Positions 1 to 8,039 of a DNA stretch of 26,106 nt are shown here, in pieces; positions within the stretch are counted from its first letter, which is position 1; each line of letters opens with the position of its first letter. The notes beneath the pieces were generated by a model. That model worked only from the letters and a program-made list of their open reading frames with translations, ran no database searches and was not told where the DNA came from. The stretch is taken from positions 1 to 26,106 of the forward strand of contig JANOAV010000092.1 of the NCBI GenBank assembly GCA_031411295.1. Reading direction: 5' to 3'. Made by a program: the position numbers and the translations under genes. Source of the stretch: Verrucomicrobiales bacterium (lineage in GTDB: Bacteria > Verrucomicrobiota > Verrucomicrobiia > Verrucomicrobiales > V1-33).

Positions 1-96
1 GTGGGGCTTTGAAAGCCCCACCATCAAGACAGGACAACAAATTACGCTAGGCAATACCTAGGCTTGTGTGGGGGGCTTTCAAAGCCCCACTCCTTG
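1..96. repeat. Inverted pair of REP-like palindromes (REPIN/BIME-like), family A; left copy truncated by the window edge
   Basis: GTGGGGCTTTGAAAGCCCCAC at 1-21 is a hairpin. The reverse complement of 1-19 recurs, with one mismatch-free core GGGGCTTTCAAAGCCCCAC, at 72-90 and is followed by TCCTTG, which reads GGAG-TGGGGCTTTGAAAGCCCC on the minus strand. A small CTAGG-CAATA-CCTAG hairpin lies in the spacer (47-61). Confidence 0.8.
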
Positions 97-157
97 AGGG
101 TGCAAAAATCCGAATCTTCTGCCTTTCCTTCCTAACTTCTGTTCAGCCTTGTTCATC

Positions 158-3100
158 CTACGATCCATTCCCCAGCAGGAAACCAAAGTCATCTTTCGTG
201 AGTGCCTTGGTGAAGCTTTCCTCGCCCAGTAAATCCGCCGCCAAAGCTCCTTTGCTGAGTTGCAACTCCCGAATTTTCTCCTCAATACTGTTCTTCACCA
301 GCAATCGATAAGCAATCACCGTGCTCTTCTGGCCGATGCGGTGGCTGCGGTCGATGGCTTGATTTTCCGTGGCTGGGTTCCACCAGGGATCGTAGAGGAT
401 CACGTAGCTTGCCGCAGTTAGGGTCAGGCCGCTGCCGCCAGCTTTTAGAGAGATTAGGAAGATGCTGGGGCCGTCATGATTTTGGAATTCATCCACCAGT
501 TTGCCGCGTTGTTCCGTGGCTCCGGTCAGCAGAAAATGATGCCAGTCCCGTTGTTTGATTTCCTGTTGGATCAGTTCCAGCATGGTGACGTATTGCGAGA
601 AGAGCAACACCTTGTGGCCTTCTTCCATCAAGGGTTCCAGCAGGTCCACCAGCGCATTCAATTTTGTGCTTTCCGCAGCCTGGAACTCCGGCTCCTTGGA
701 GACCAGTGAGGGATGACAACAGATCTGCCGCAGTCGCGTCAAGCTTCCCAGAATGGTGAAACGCAATTTATCCAATTCCTGATTCGTCTTGGCGTTGAGC
801 AGGATTTGCTGCGCGCGCTTCAGTTCAGCTTGATAGAGCGTTTCCTGCGGTCCATCCATTTCGCAGAGCCGATCCTCCTCAATCCGTTCCGGCAGATCCT
901 TCGCCACCTCCAACTTCGTGCGTCGTAACAGGAAGGGACGCACCCGCGCGGCCAAGCGACGCAGCGCCTGCGGATCATCCTTGGCGTTGTAATTCTTCTG
1001 GAAAGTCGTGCGTCCGCCCAGCAACCCTGGCATCGCGAAATCCATCACACTCCACAAGTCTAACAAACGATTCTCGATTGGGGTTCCACTTAACGCCAGT
1101 CGATGCACTGCCTGAAGTTTGCTGGCGGCCTTTGTCGTCTGGCTGCTGGGATTCTTGATGTATTGCGCTTCATCCAGAATCACCGCGTGCCAGGAAATTT
1201 TGGATAGCTCATCCTCCAGGATCCTCATTTGAGCGTAGTTGGTGACGAACAGGCCAGCTCCCTGGATGTGCAGTTCCAGGTGTTTCGGCTGCGTTGAACC
1301 TGCCGACTGATAACGCCGTGTCTTCAGGCTGGGATAAAATTTAGCCGCTTCCGAGAGCCAGCCATCGGTCACCGATTTCGGACACACCACCAACACCGGT
1401 TGACCATCAAATTCTGCGCGCGCCCGCAGCCAAGCGATCCACGCCAGCGTCTGCAACGTTTTGCCCAAGCCCATGTCATCGGCCAGCAGGCCACCGAAAT
1501 TATTCTCCGACAGATAGGCCAGGAAATGAAATCCCTCGATCTGATAGCTGCGCAACGTGGCCGTGATCGTCGTTGGCACATGAGGCGTGGCATGAGTCTT
1601 CAACTCCTGCGCCCGGAGTTGGAAATTTTCCGCTGCTTCAGGAGGCAGAAATTTTCCCAAGCTGGGATGGGCCAACTGCAACGCATGCATCCGGGTGGAC
1701 TCACCACCAACGTCTTGCAGCCGCAATCCCAGATCCGCTAAATTTGTCGCATCCGCTTCGGTGAAATCAAAATTGAGCCGACGGAAGCCATGGCGCGGCA
1801 GGCGCACCCATTTTCCCCGGGCCTTCATCAACGCCTGAATTTCCGCTGGCAGCAGTGCCAAGTCCTCGGTCTTCATGACCACTTCCAGATTGAACCAATC
1901 CACTCCACTGGGCTCGGCTTTGATCGCCAGTTTGCCCACGAGATTTCCTTCCTGCAGCGACTTCAGCAGCGGATCCAAATAGACATCAATGTGCTTCGGG
2001 ATCACCTGCAGCCATTCATAGAACTCATCCGCAAAGCGCTCCCCAATGGCCCGAGTCCATTTGCGCAAGCGTTGCGACCAACTCATGCCGCCAGCTAACA
2101 TCACGTTGCGCGTCGTTAAATGATCTCCGGTCTCCCGGAAAATCACCACCCCGGGACCGCCGGGTAACGCAGACGTATGCACACTGGCTCCGGCATGACC
2201 AATCGCTTCCACCCCGCCATCCAGGCCGTAGTCCGCCAGCAACTCCGCTTGGATAGCCTCCCAAGGCGAGGCCTCTTCCAGCAGCACCAGCTCGATGCGA
2301 TACTTGGGCTTGAGGCGCTTGATGCGCTCTTGAAATGTCTCCGGCAACGCGGCCCCCACGCGCTCCAGGAACTGCAAGCCTTCGCGTGATTCCACGACTT
2401 CCGCCGGAATGCGATCCAGTTCGTGCATCTTACTGAGCAGATTCATCGGCGGCGGCCCCAGATAGACATGCGTTAGGGAGAAAAAGTAAATCACCTCACA
2501 TGGGACCATGCAAAGCCGTTCCGGCGGTTCCTGTCCGTTCTCTAACACTAGCGCCAACCGATAGGTCTTGGTGGGCTGTTCATTGTGCAAGAGGCTCCAG
2601 ACGAGTTTCTCGGGTGAACTTAGGAATGGCTGACCATGCGGATTTTCCAGACCCTGCAACGCATCGGGATGCTCGAAGAGACAGCGCAGAATGGTTCCCG
2701 TGGTATTGCCCAAGTGACTAACCCGGGGAGACGTCGGATGCGATGTTAGGAAATTATTCGTGAATGCTTCCCACACCGTGCGGGCATTTTTCGTCAGCCG
2801 GAAACTGGTGATGGGCCGTTCCTCCAGCAGATCCCGATACATGGCGGCCGGCATTGGCTCAAACGGGACTTCGGGATTCGTCGTCTGCACCAGGGTGATG
2901 GCATCGCCCGCCAAGCGCAGGCGCAGATCCAAGGAATCGCGTTCCTGCTGCTCGCGGGCCCGTTCCTGTTTCATCGCATCGCGCATGAAGGCCTTCCAGG
3001 AATCCACCTTCTCCTGCTGGAGTTGATCACCCAGCACCAGCTCAATCTCCTCCGCACTCGTGACTTGACGCAAGGCCGGGATGGGTTCGACCTCTTCGGC

Positions 3101-3745
3101 TTCCAACACGCGTGCCAAGTGCAGCCAAGCCTCCCAGACATTGGCCGGGCGCTGTTTCCAGAGCTGCGTGGAGCCCATGCCATGCCAGAACGTGGCGCTA
3201 TCTACTAATGGAATCAACTCGCTGCGCGAGACCTTGGCCGGGCTGCCATACTTGGCGAAAATGAAATCAACGCGACGGGCGGCATTATGTTCGGACGGGG
3301 TTAGTTTCCGCTGCAGCCGACGCTCGAACTCCTGCGCGAACCCATTGGCGGCCATCGGATGCGCCGTGGCGGGAGTGAGCGGCAGTTCCGTCGCCATGGG
3401 CTTGCTGGGCGCTGGCAGCGCCACCTTCGGAGAGGGAACCGGTGGAGACACATTTCCTGTCAGGAAGAAATGCGCCGCTGCCGCCACATGCGTGCACTCG
3501 CCACCCAGCTCGCAGGTGCACTCCGTTACCAGTTCACCTAACTGGAAAACCACATCCGTGACAAACACAGATTGCTTGTCCTCCACATAGACCGTCCACG
3601 TCCGCGGGCTCATCAGCATGACATCCAGCACCTTCGGTCGCACGTCCTCCCGCAAGCGCTCCGTGACCTCTGCGCGCGCCACCACGCTGCGCAGTTTCGT
3701 GAGCAGCAGGGATTTCTCGGTGGAATCTAAAGTCGGGGGGATCAT
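158..3745 (-). CDS. SWIM zinc-finger SNF2/SWI2-family helicase (SF2 ATPase)
   Basis: N-terminal SWIM motif CTCELGGECTH (3488-3520). Helicase motifs LRSYQ, LADDMGLGKT, LVVCPKS, ILDEAQ, LSGTPIEN, LLFSQY, SLKAGGSGLTL and QAIDRSHRIGQ. Start placed at ATG 3745; the track's TTG at 3781 is an alternative. Confidence 0.93.
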   Translation of the reverse strand: MIPPTLDSTEKSLLLTKLRSVVARAEVTERLREDVRPKVLDVMLMSPRTWTVYVEDKQSVFVTDVVFQLGELVTECTCELGGECTHVAAAAHFFLTGNVSPPVPSPKVALPAPSKPMATELPLTPATAHPMAANGFAQEFERRLQRKLTPSEHNAARRVDFIFAKYGSPAKVSRSELIPLVDSATFWHGMGSTQLWKQRPANVWEAWLHLARVLEAEEVEPIPALRQVTSAEEIELVLGDQLQQEKVDSWKAFMRDAMKQERAREQQERDSLDLRLRLAGDAITLVQTTNPEVPFEPMPAAMYRDLLEERPITSFRLTKNARTVWEAFTNNFLTSHPTSPRVSHLGNTTGTILRCLFEHPDALQGLENPHGQPFLSSPEKLVWSLLHNEQPTKTYRLALVLENGQEPPERLCMVPCEVIYFFSLTHVYLGPPPMNLLSKMHELDRIPAEVVESREGLQFLERVGAALPETFQERIKRLKPKYRIELVLLEEASPWEAIQAELLADYGLDGGVEAIGHAGASVHTSALPGGPGVVIFRETGDHLTTRNVMLAGGMSWSQRLRKWTRAIGERFADEFYEWLQVIPKHIDVYLDPLLKSLQEGNLVGKLAIKAEPSGVDWFNLEVVMKTEDLALLPAEIQALMKARGKWVRLPRHGFRRLNFDFTEADATNLADLGLRLQDVGGESTRMHALQLAHPSLGKFLPPEAAENFQLRAQELKTHATPHVPTTITATLRSYQIEGFHFLAYLSENNFGGLLADDMGLGKTLQTLAWIAWLRARAEFDGQPVLVVCPKSVTDGWLSEAAKFYPSLKTRRYQSAGSTQPKHLELHIQGAGLFVTNYAQMRILEDELSKISWHAVILDEAQYIKNPSSQTTKAASKLQAVHRLALSGTPIENRLLDLWSVMDFAMPGLLGGRTTFQKNYNAKDDPQALRRLAARVRPFLLRRTKLEVAKDLPERIEEDRLCEMDGPQETLYQAELKRAQQILLNAKTNQELDKLRFTILGSLTRLRQICCHPSLVSKEPEFQAAESTKLNALVDLLEPLMEEGHKVLLFSQYVTMLELIQQEIKQRDWHHFLLTGATEQRGKLVDEFQNHDGPSIFLISLKAGGSGLTLTAASYVILYDPWWNPATENQAIDRSHRIGQKSTVIAYRLLVKNSIEEKIRELQLSKGALAADLLGEESFTKALTKDDFGFLLGNGS

Positions 3746-3901
3746 CCGCTGGTAGTGAGAATGGAAATCCCAAATAAGCAAGTGAGGGCATGCTCCGTGG
3801 GCCGTTTAAACGATCATCGACGAATTTCGCCTTGATTCCAAACAGATCACCACAGAAATGCCTCGCTTGGCTGCCTCTAGAACAATCTGGCCATGAATCA
3901 T

Positions 3902-4609
3902 TTAGACCTCAGAGATCTCGGCAATCACCAGATCAATCGGTAGAATTCCCTGGGCGGTCAGAATGAAATTATCTGGTTTGGCGTCGAGAATGATGTGCGT
4001 GCCATCCTCCTGACGGTATCCAAAGAGCGCGTTGAAGATCGGGTGGAAGCCCATTTTCGCTAGGAACTCTGCAATCAGCAACTCGCTGGGGTGAGGTTGC
4101 GCAGGATGAGCCGCATCCAGCCAAGGTTGGGAAATTACAAAGGATACCCCACCGGAAGGTTGGCCAATAATCATCGAGGGACCATCACTGATCATGATCC
4201 CCTCGAGCCGAATGTCATCTTGAAAGAGATCGTTCTGCAATCGCTGGCGCAGGAGGTATTCTGTGGGCTCAGCAGGTCGCGGCTTCCATTGGCCATCAAT
4301 CAATCCGGGGATGAAGCCGAACGTGCCTGGCCACGTGCGCTTTACCGCTCTATGGTCCTTGGCTCGGTAGCGCACTTCATGCTCCGCAGTGGCAGCGGAA
4401 ACAAGCTTGAGGAGCAACCAATCCAACTCTGGGATTACGAGCCCTGACGCTTCAGCCCACCCACGGAGCCGCTCTTGCGCCTCCATTCCTCGGAGGCTTT
4501 CGCCTGTTGCATCACTTGCTCCAAGGAGTTCGGCGGCTTGCTGGCCAAGGCCTTGCGGGCCGCGAGGACATCGGGGTGCGGAAGTTTGATAATCGTCTTC
4601 ATAGTTCAT
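3902..4609 (-). CDS. Standalone Ser/Thr/Tyr kinase of the polyvalent-protein type (Kinase-PolyVal-like)
   Basis: Minimal kinase fold: AEHEVRY, AVK lysine, YLLRQRLQNDLFQDDIRLEG, VISQPW hinge, catalytic DAKPDN (3968-3985) and PIDL as the DFG-equivalent Asp. Start uncertain (ATG 4609 or internal ATG 4486). Confidence 0.78.
   Translation of the reverse strand: MNYEDDYQTSAPRCPRGPQGLGQQAAELLGASDATGESLRGMEAQERLRGWAEASGLVIPELDWLLLKLVSAATAEHEVRYRAKDHRAVKRTWPGTFGFIPGLIDGQWKPRPAEPTEYLLRQRLQNDLFQDDIRLEGIMISDGPSMIIGQPSGGVSFVISQPWLDAAHPAQPHPSELLIAEFLAKMGFHPIFNALFGYRQEDGTHIILDAKPDNFILTAQGILPIDLVIAEISEV
4435..4602 (-). CDS. Hidden 55-aa basic helical protein overlapping the kinase 5' end in the +1 frame (candidate antitoxin/regulator)
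   Basis: Hand translation: MKTIIKLPHPDVLAARKALASKPPNSLEQVMQQAKASEEWRRKSGSVGGLKRQGS*. 44 of 54 non-start sense codons end in G/C, versus about 27 of 57 in the kinase frame over the same stretch. Its ATG lies 7 nt after a TACATT -10 hexamer. Confidence 0.68.
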   Translation of the reverse strand: MKTIIKLPHPDVLAARKALASKPPNSLEQVMQQAKASEEWRRKSGSVGGLKRQGS

Positions 4610-4660
4610 AATGTAGAGGATGTGAAATCTTCGTCAACCTGGATTCCAGTCGTCAACCTG
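4610..4660 (-). promoter_or_regulatory. Sigma70-like promoter with a duplicated -35-containing 11-mer
   Basis: Minus strand: TTGACG (4637-4632), 16 nt, TACATT (4615-4610), 7 nt, ATG (4602). The direct repeat TCGTCAACCTG occurs at 4631-4641 and 4650-4660. The dyad CTGGA-T-TCCAG is at 4639-4649. Confidence 0.62.
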
Positions 4661-4688
4661 CATCGCTGTTCTGTGCTAGGCTGTCACC

Positions 4689-4979
4689 TCAGATCACTTC
4701 ACCGAGCACTGCCGTCTTTTTCACAATGAAGCCGCCTGCAGTGGCGCGTTCTTTGAAGAGGAGGAAATGTGGGGTGAGCCGATGGGCGTCCAGCGCGGCT
4801 TGGTCGGTGTAGAGTTCAGCCAGGGTGAAGACGTTGGGTTGCTCCAGACTGCGACTGACTTCGAAGCGGTGGCAGCCGGGTTCGTGCGCCAAGGCGTCGG
4901 CGGCTTCTTCGGTGATGTATTTAACAAAGTCGGGGACGGTGTCGGGGGCGATTTCAACGGTGATGAGGAGGGAGATCAT
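4689..4979 (-). CDS. Antibiotic biosynthesis monooxygenase (ABM)/putative quinol monooxygenase, LsrG/YgiN-like
   Basis: 96 aa from MISLLITVE, with HEPGCHRFEV, FTLAELYTDQAALDAHRLTPHF as typical ABM motifs. The track's extension to 5108 overlaps the next gene and a REP. Confidence 0.88.
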   Translation of the reverse strand: MISLLITVEIAPDTVPDFVKYITEEAADALAHEPGCHRFEVSRSLEQPNVFTLAELYTDQAALDAHRLTPHFLLFKERATAGGFIVKKTAVLGEVI

Positions 4980-5052
4980 AGATTCGGGATGATGGGCGGG
5001 TGGGGGCCGGTGGCAAGGGCGGTTTTGGATGGAGGACGTTTGGTGGGCTGCT

Positions 5053-5075
5053 GGTGGACGGAACGTCCACCCTCC
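5053..5075 (-). repeat. Single REP-like palindrome, family B
   Basis: Minus strand GGAG-GGTGGACG-TTC-CGTCCACC: an 8-bp perfect stem with a GGAG foot overlapping the TAG stop of the upstream TPR gene. Confidence 0.62.
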
Positions 5076-5794
5076 TATGGGGCCACGATCTTGCCGTTTT
5101 TGAGCCAACCCATTTCCAAGAGTGCATCGCCATAGAGCCCAGCCACTTTCGGCCCGTGGAGTTTGGCGGCGGCATCCAGTTTGGTTTGGGCGGCGGCGGT
5201 TTTTCCGGCCTGGCAGGCTTGGGCCACCGTGGCGTAATCCCGCTGGGGAGAACCGGTAGCCATCAAGGTAATGCGCTGCTGGGCGGCTTCAGTCTGCCCT
5301 TGTTGAAGTTCGCAGAGGCACAGTTTATACTGGAGCAGTCCCTTGGTTTCGGCGGTTTTGGCCCCTTTCAGAAGTTGGTTGAAGCCCTTGTAGGCGGCGG
5401 GGAATTTTTTCTCCACGAAATCAATTTCTGCCAGATTAAACAAGGCATGCTCCCGTTCCTGCTCGTTGGTGGCGGACTCCAGCGCCTTGGTGAAGGCCGC
5501 TCTGGCCGGACCGAACTTGCGTTGCTGGGTGGCCATGGCTCCGCGCATGTTGTTGATCGGGCTACTGGGTAATCCTTCCTTTTCCATTTGATCAAGCAAC
5601 GCAGCCGCTTGGGAATATTTCGCTTGTCTGATAAATTGAGCCGCCTGTTCCATTTGCTGGGCCGTGGCGGCTTCTGGCAGGGGCTTCGCAGGCTTCGTCT
5701 CCTCGGCGGATGGATTGGCCGCAGGGGCGCTGGTGGTCATGGAAATACTCAAGGCAACGAGGAGGCGAGCGAGGACTGGAAAGGGTGATTTCAT
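5075..5794 (-). CDS. Secreted tetratricopeptide-repeat (TPR) protein
   Basis: Signal peptide MKSPFPVLARLLVALSISMTTSAPA, a Pro/Ala linker, then TPR-like helices (INNMRGAMATQQRKFGPARAAFTKAL; ALFNLAEIDFVEKKFPAAYKGF). Confidence 0.8.
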   Translation of the reverse strand: MKSPFPVLARLLVALSISMTTSAPAANPSAEETKPAKPLPEAATAQQMEQAAQFIRQAKYSQAAALLDQMEKEGLPSSPINNMRGAMATQQRKFGPARAAFTKALESATNEQEREHALFNLAEIDFVEKKFPAAYKGFNQLLKGAKTAETKGLLQYKLCLCELQQGQTEAAQQRITLMATGSPQRDYATVAQACQAGKTAAAQTKLDAAAKLHGPKVAGLYGDALLEMGWLKNGKIVAP

Positions 5795-5941
5795 GTGGGA
5801 GCTTAACTGATTTCCCGCAACAAGGGAGCAAAATTTCTACCACTGGCCTGATTTTGTGGAGCAATCATCAATTTGACAACCCCGCCCATCTCCGCACGGT
5901 AAGCCCCCAACTTTTCCCATTTTCATCCCCCGATCACTATC

Positions 5942-6823
5942 ATGGCTACCCCCAACAAACTGAAACTCGGCCTGCCCAGCGGCAGCCTGCAGGAACCCAC
6001 GCTCGCCTTGTTCGAGCGGGCGGGTTATGTGGTTAGTGGAGCCTCCCGTTCCTATCGGCCAGCGGTGGATGATCCGGAGTTGGAAATCCGCCTGCTGCGG
6101 GCGCAGGAAATTGGGCGTTACGTGGATGGCGGCTTTCTTGATTGTGGAGTCACTGGGCTTGATTGGATCACGGAAAACGACGCCACGGTGGAAACGTTGT
6201 GCGAGCTGCCCTACAGCCGCGCCACGCCACGCCCGACGAAATGGGTGCTGGTAGTGCCCGAGGATTCTCCGATCAAGAGTGTGCAGGATTTGCAAGGCAA
6301 GCGCATCGCCACCGAAGCCATTGGCCTAACCCGGAAATACCTCGAATCCAAAGGCGTGACTGCCGAACTGGAATTCAGTTGGGGCGCTACAGAGGTGAAA
6401 GTCCCAGAGTTAGTGGATGCGATTGTTGACATTACCGAAACGGGCAACAGCCTGCGCGCTAACAAGCTGCGCATTTTGGATGTCCTGATGGAGAGCTATC
6501 CGCAGTTCATTGCCAGCCCGGCAGCCATGAAGGATCCCTGGAAGCGCGCCAAGATTGAGCATCTGTCACTGATGCTCCAAGGTGCGCTGAATGCCCGCGG
6601 CAAGGTGGTGTTGAAAATGAATCTTCCCAAGGCCAGTCTGGAGGCGTTAGTGAGCCAACTTCCTTCCCTCCGCCGACCCACCATTTCTCATCTGACCGAT
6701 GAAAACTGGCTGGCCGTGGAAACCGTGATTGATGAGACCGTCGTGCGCGAAATCATCCCGCAGCTCAAGGCGCTGGGAGCAGAGGGGATCTTCGAGTTCG
6801 GGATTACGAAGCTGGTGTATTAA
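5942..6823 (+). CDS. hisG: ATP phosphoribosyltransferase, long form
   Basis: [47 protein letters not shown] and a C-terminal regulatory domain ([18 protein letters not shown]). A TTGACA hexamer lies upstream at 5873-5878. Confidence 0.97.
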   Translation: MATPNKLKLGLPSGSLQEPTLALFERAGYVVSGASRSYRPAVDDPELEIRLLRAQEIGRYVDGGFLDCGVTGLDWITENDATVETLCELPYSRATPRPTKWVLVVPEDSPIKSVQDLQGKRIATEAIGLTRKYLESKGVTAELEFSWGATEVKVPELVDAIVDITETGNSLRANKLRILDVLMESYPQFIASPAAMKDPWKRAKIEHLSLMLQGALNARGKVVLKMNLPKASLEALVSQLPSLRRPTISHLTDENWLAVETVIDETVVREIIPQLKALGAEGIFEFGITKLVY

Positions 6824-6844
6824 GCGGCCCTCCACGGCTTCTGA

Positions 6845-7918
6845 CTAACCGTGAGAGACGTCTTTGTTGAAATACACTTTGATGAATTTCATCTTCTTGC
6901 TCTCGTCGAAGCCACGTTCCATCACGGGATCCTGCTTGCCGGAGAAATTCGCTTTAAGGTGAATTTCCACCCCGGTGTCCAACTTCATGACGGAAGTGAT
7001 GCGCTTCTGTGCCTTGGACACATCCTTCTTGGAAATGCCGAACGACCGCTCCAGGGGCGCGCCTTGTTCTTCTTCGATTTTGCAGCGGTGCTCGGTAAAT
7101 TTAGCCACCGCTTCGGGGGTTTTCAGCACCTTTTCCTCGAAGTCCTGGAGGTCGAATTTCTCAGCCTTCTCGAAGTAGGCCAGCGCTTCCTTGGCTGGCG
7201 AATTCGTCTCCCAGGGTGGACTGTCATCGTTGGGTTTGGGGGATTCCTTTTCCAGAAAGGAGACTGCCATTTTGGCGTAAGTGTTCGTTAGGAAGGCGGC
7301 ATCCGGCACCGCTTGCACGCCCAGGAAATCTTTCAGCCAGAAGCGGGATTCCGCGCCTGCTCTGTCAAATGTCAGCACGTAGAACCCATGCTCGGCAGAG
7401 TGATTGAAGATGAGACATCCCTTGTCGATTTTCTCCGGGTTGATGCCTTCCTCCGCCGCGAGCCGCAGGTCGCCATCGCGCGCGGAGATGCTGAGGAAGG
7501 GAACGATCGTTTCCGCTTTGAGCAGGCAGAGCCCCTGTAATTTCTTGCCGTCCACTTCCAAGTCTTCGATCAGGGCTACGCAGAGATCGCCCGATTTGAT
7601 GTTCGGATGATTCGTCTTGGTATAGAGCCGCTGGGCGATGGCGCAGCCTTGCTCGTGCAGCGCAGACGGATCGTTGAAGATGGCCTTGGTGATTTGGTAA
7701 ATTTCGTTTTTCTCCAGAGAGGAATGTTGGGAGAAACGATGCCCCAGCAGGTTCTTGAAGGGCTTGGTAAAAAGATTGGTCAGAGTTGCCTGGTCTCCTT
7801 CGCGCACCGGAAAGGCGGTCTTGGATGTCTGCAATGGTTCATTGCGGGCCGGATGCCCGATCTTGGCAAGAACGAGGGTGGTGACTTTGGCGGACTGGAA
7901 ACGAATTTTGAGGGACAT
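6845..7918 (-). CDS. Nucleoid-associated protein, NA37/YejK(NdpA) family
   Basis: 357 aa with IAQRLY...HPNIKSGDLCV, LKAET, GINPEKIDKGCLIFN, FWLKDFL and KLDTGVEI, which I recognise from the NA37 family. Confidence 0.8.
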   Translation of the reverse strand: MSLKIRFQSAKVTTLVLAKIGHPARNEPLQTSKTAFPVREGDQATLTNLFTKPFKNLLGHRFSQHSSLEKNEIYQITKAIFNDPSALHEQGCAIAQRLYTKTNHPNIKSGDLCVALIEDLEVDGKKLQGLCLLKAETIVPFLSISARDGDLRLAAEEGINPEKIDKGCLIFNHSAEHGFYVLTFDRAGAESRFWLKDFLGVQAVPDAAFLTNTYAKMAVSFLEKESPKPNDDSPPWETNSPAKEALAYFEKAEKFDLQDFEEKVLKTPEAVAKFTEHRCKIEEEQGAPLERSFGISKKDVSKAQKRITSVMKLDTGVEIHLKANFSGKQDPVMERGFDESKKMKFIKVYFNKDVSHG

Positions 7919-8039
7919 GGGAGGGCGAACTTAGAAAGGAATCGACTGATGCAAACTGTTAAAATCAGAAGATTCGACAGGCCCTCGGAACCAAGCCGCG
8001 TTTGACAGCGGGGTGTTTCTCTTCATGGGAATGGCCGAC

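Noticed and set aside
66..311. Short ORFs on both strands at the left edge
   Set aside because: They run through REP sequence and the SNF2 3' end, with no recognisable motifs.
4475..4729. 84-aa plus-strand ORF antisense to the kinase 5' end
   Set aside because: It shares wobble positions with the 55-aa ORF and mirrors it, a typical antisense shadow of a GC3-rich gene. It has no independent support.
4980..5108. 43-aa N-terminal extension of the ABM protein given in the ORF track
   Set aside because: It overlaps the TPR gene and a REP, is Pro/His-rich and low-complexity, and contains the likely promoter.
5795..5941. His attenuator or leader peptide upstream of hisG
   Set aside because: No His-codon run or terminator/antiterminator hairpins were seen.
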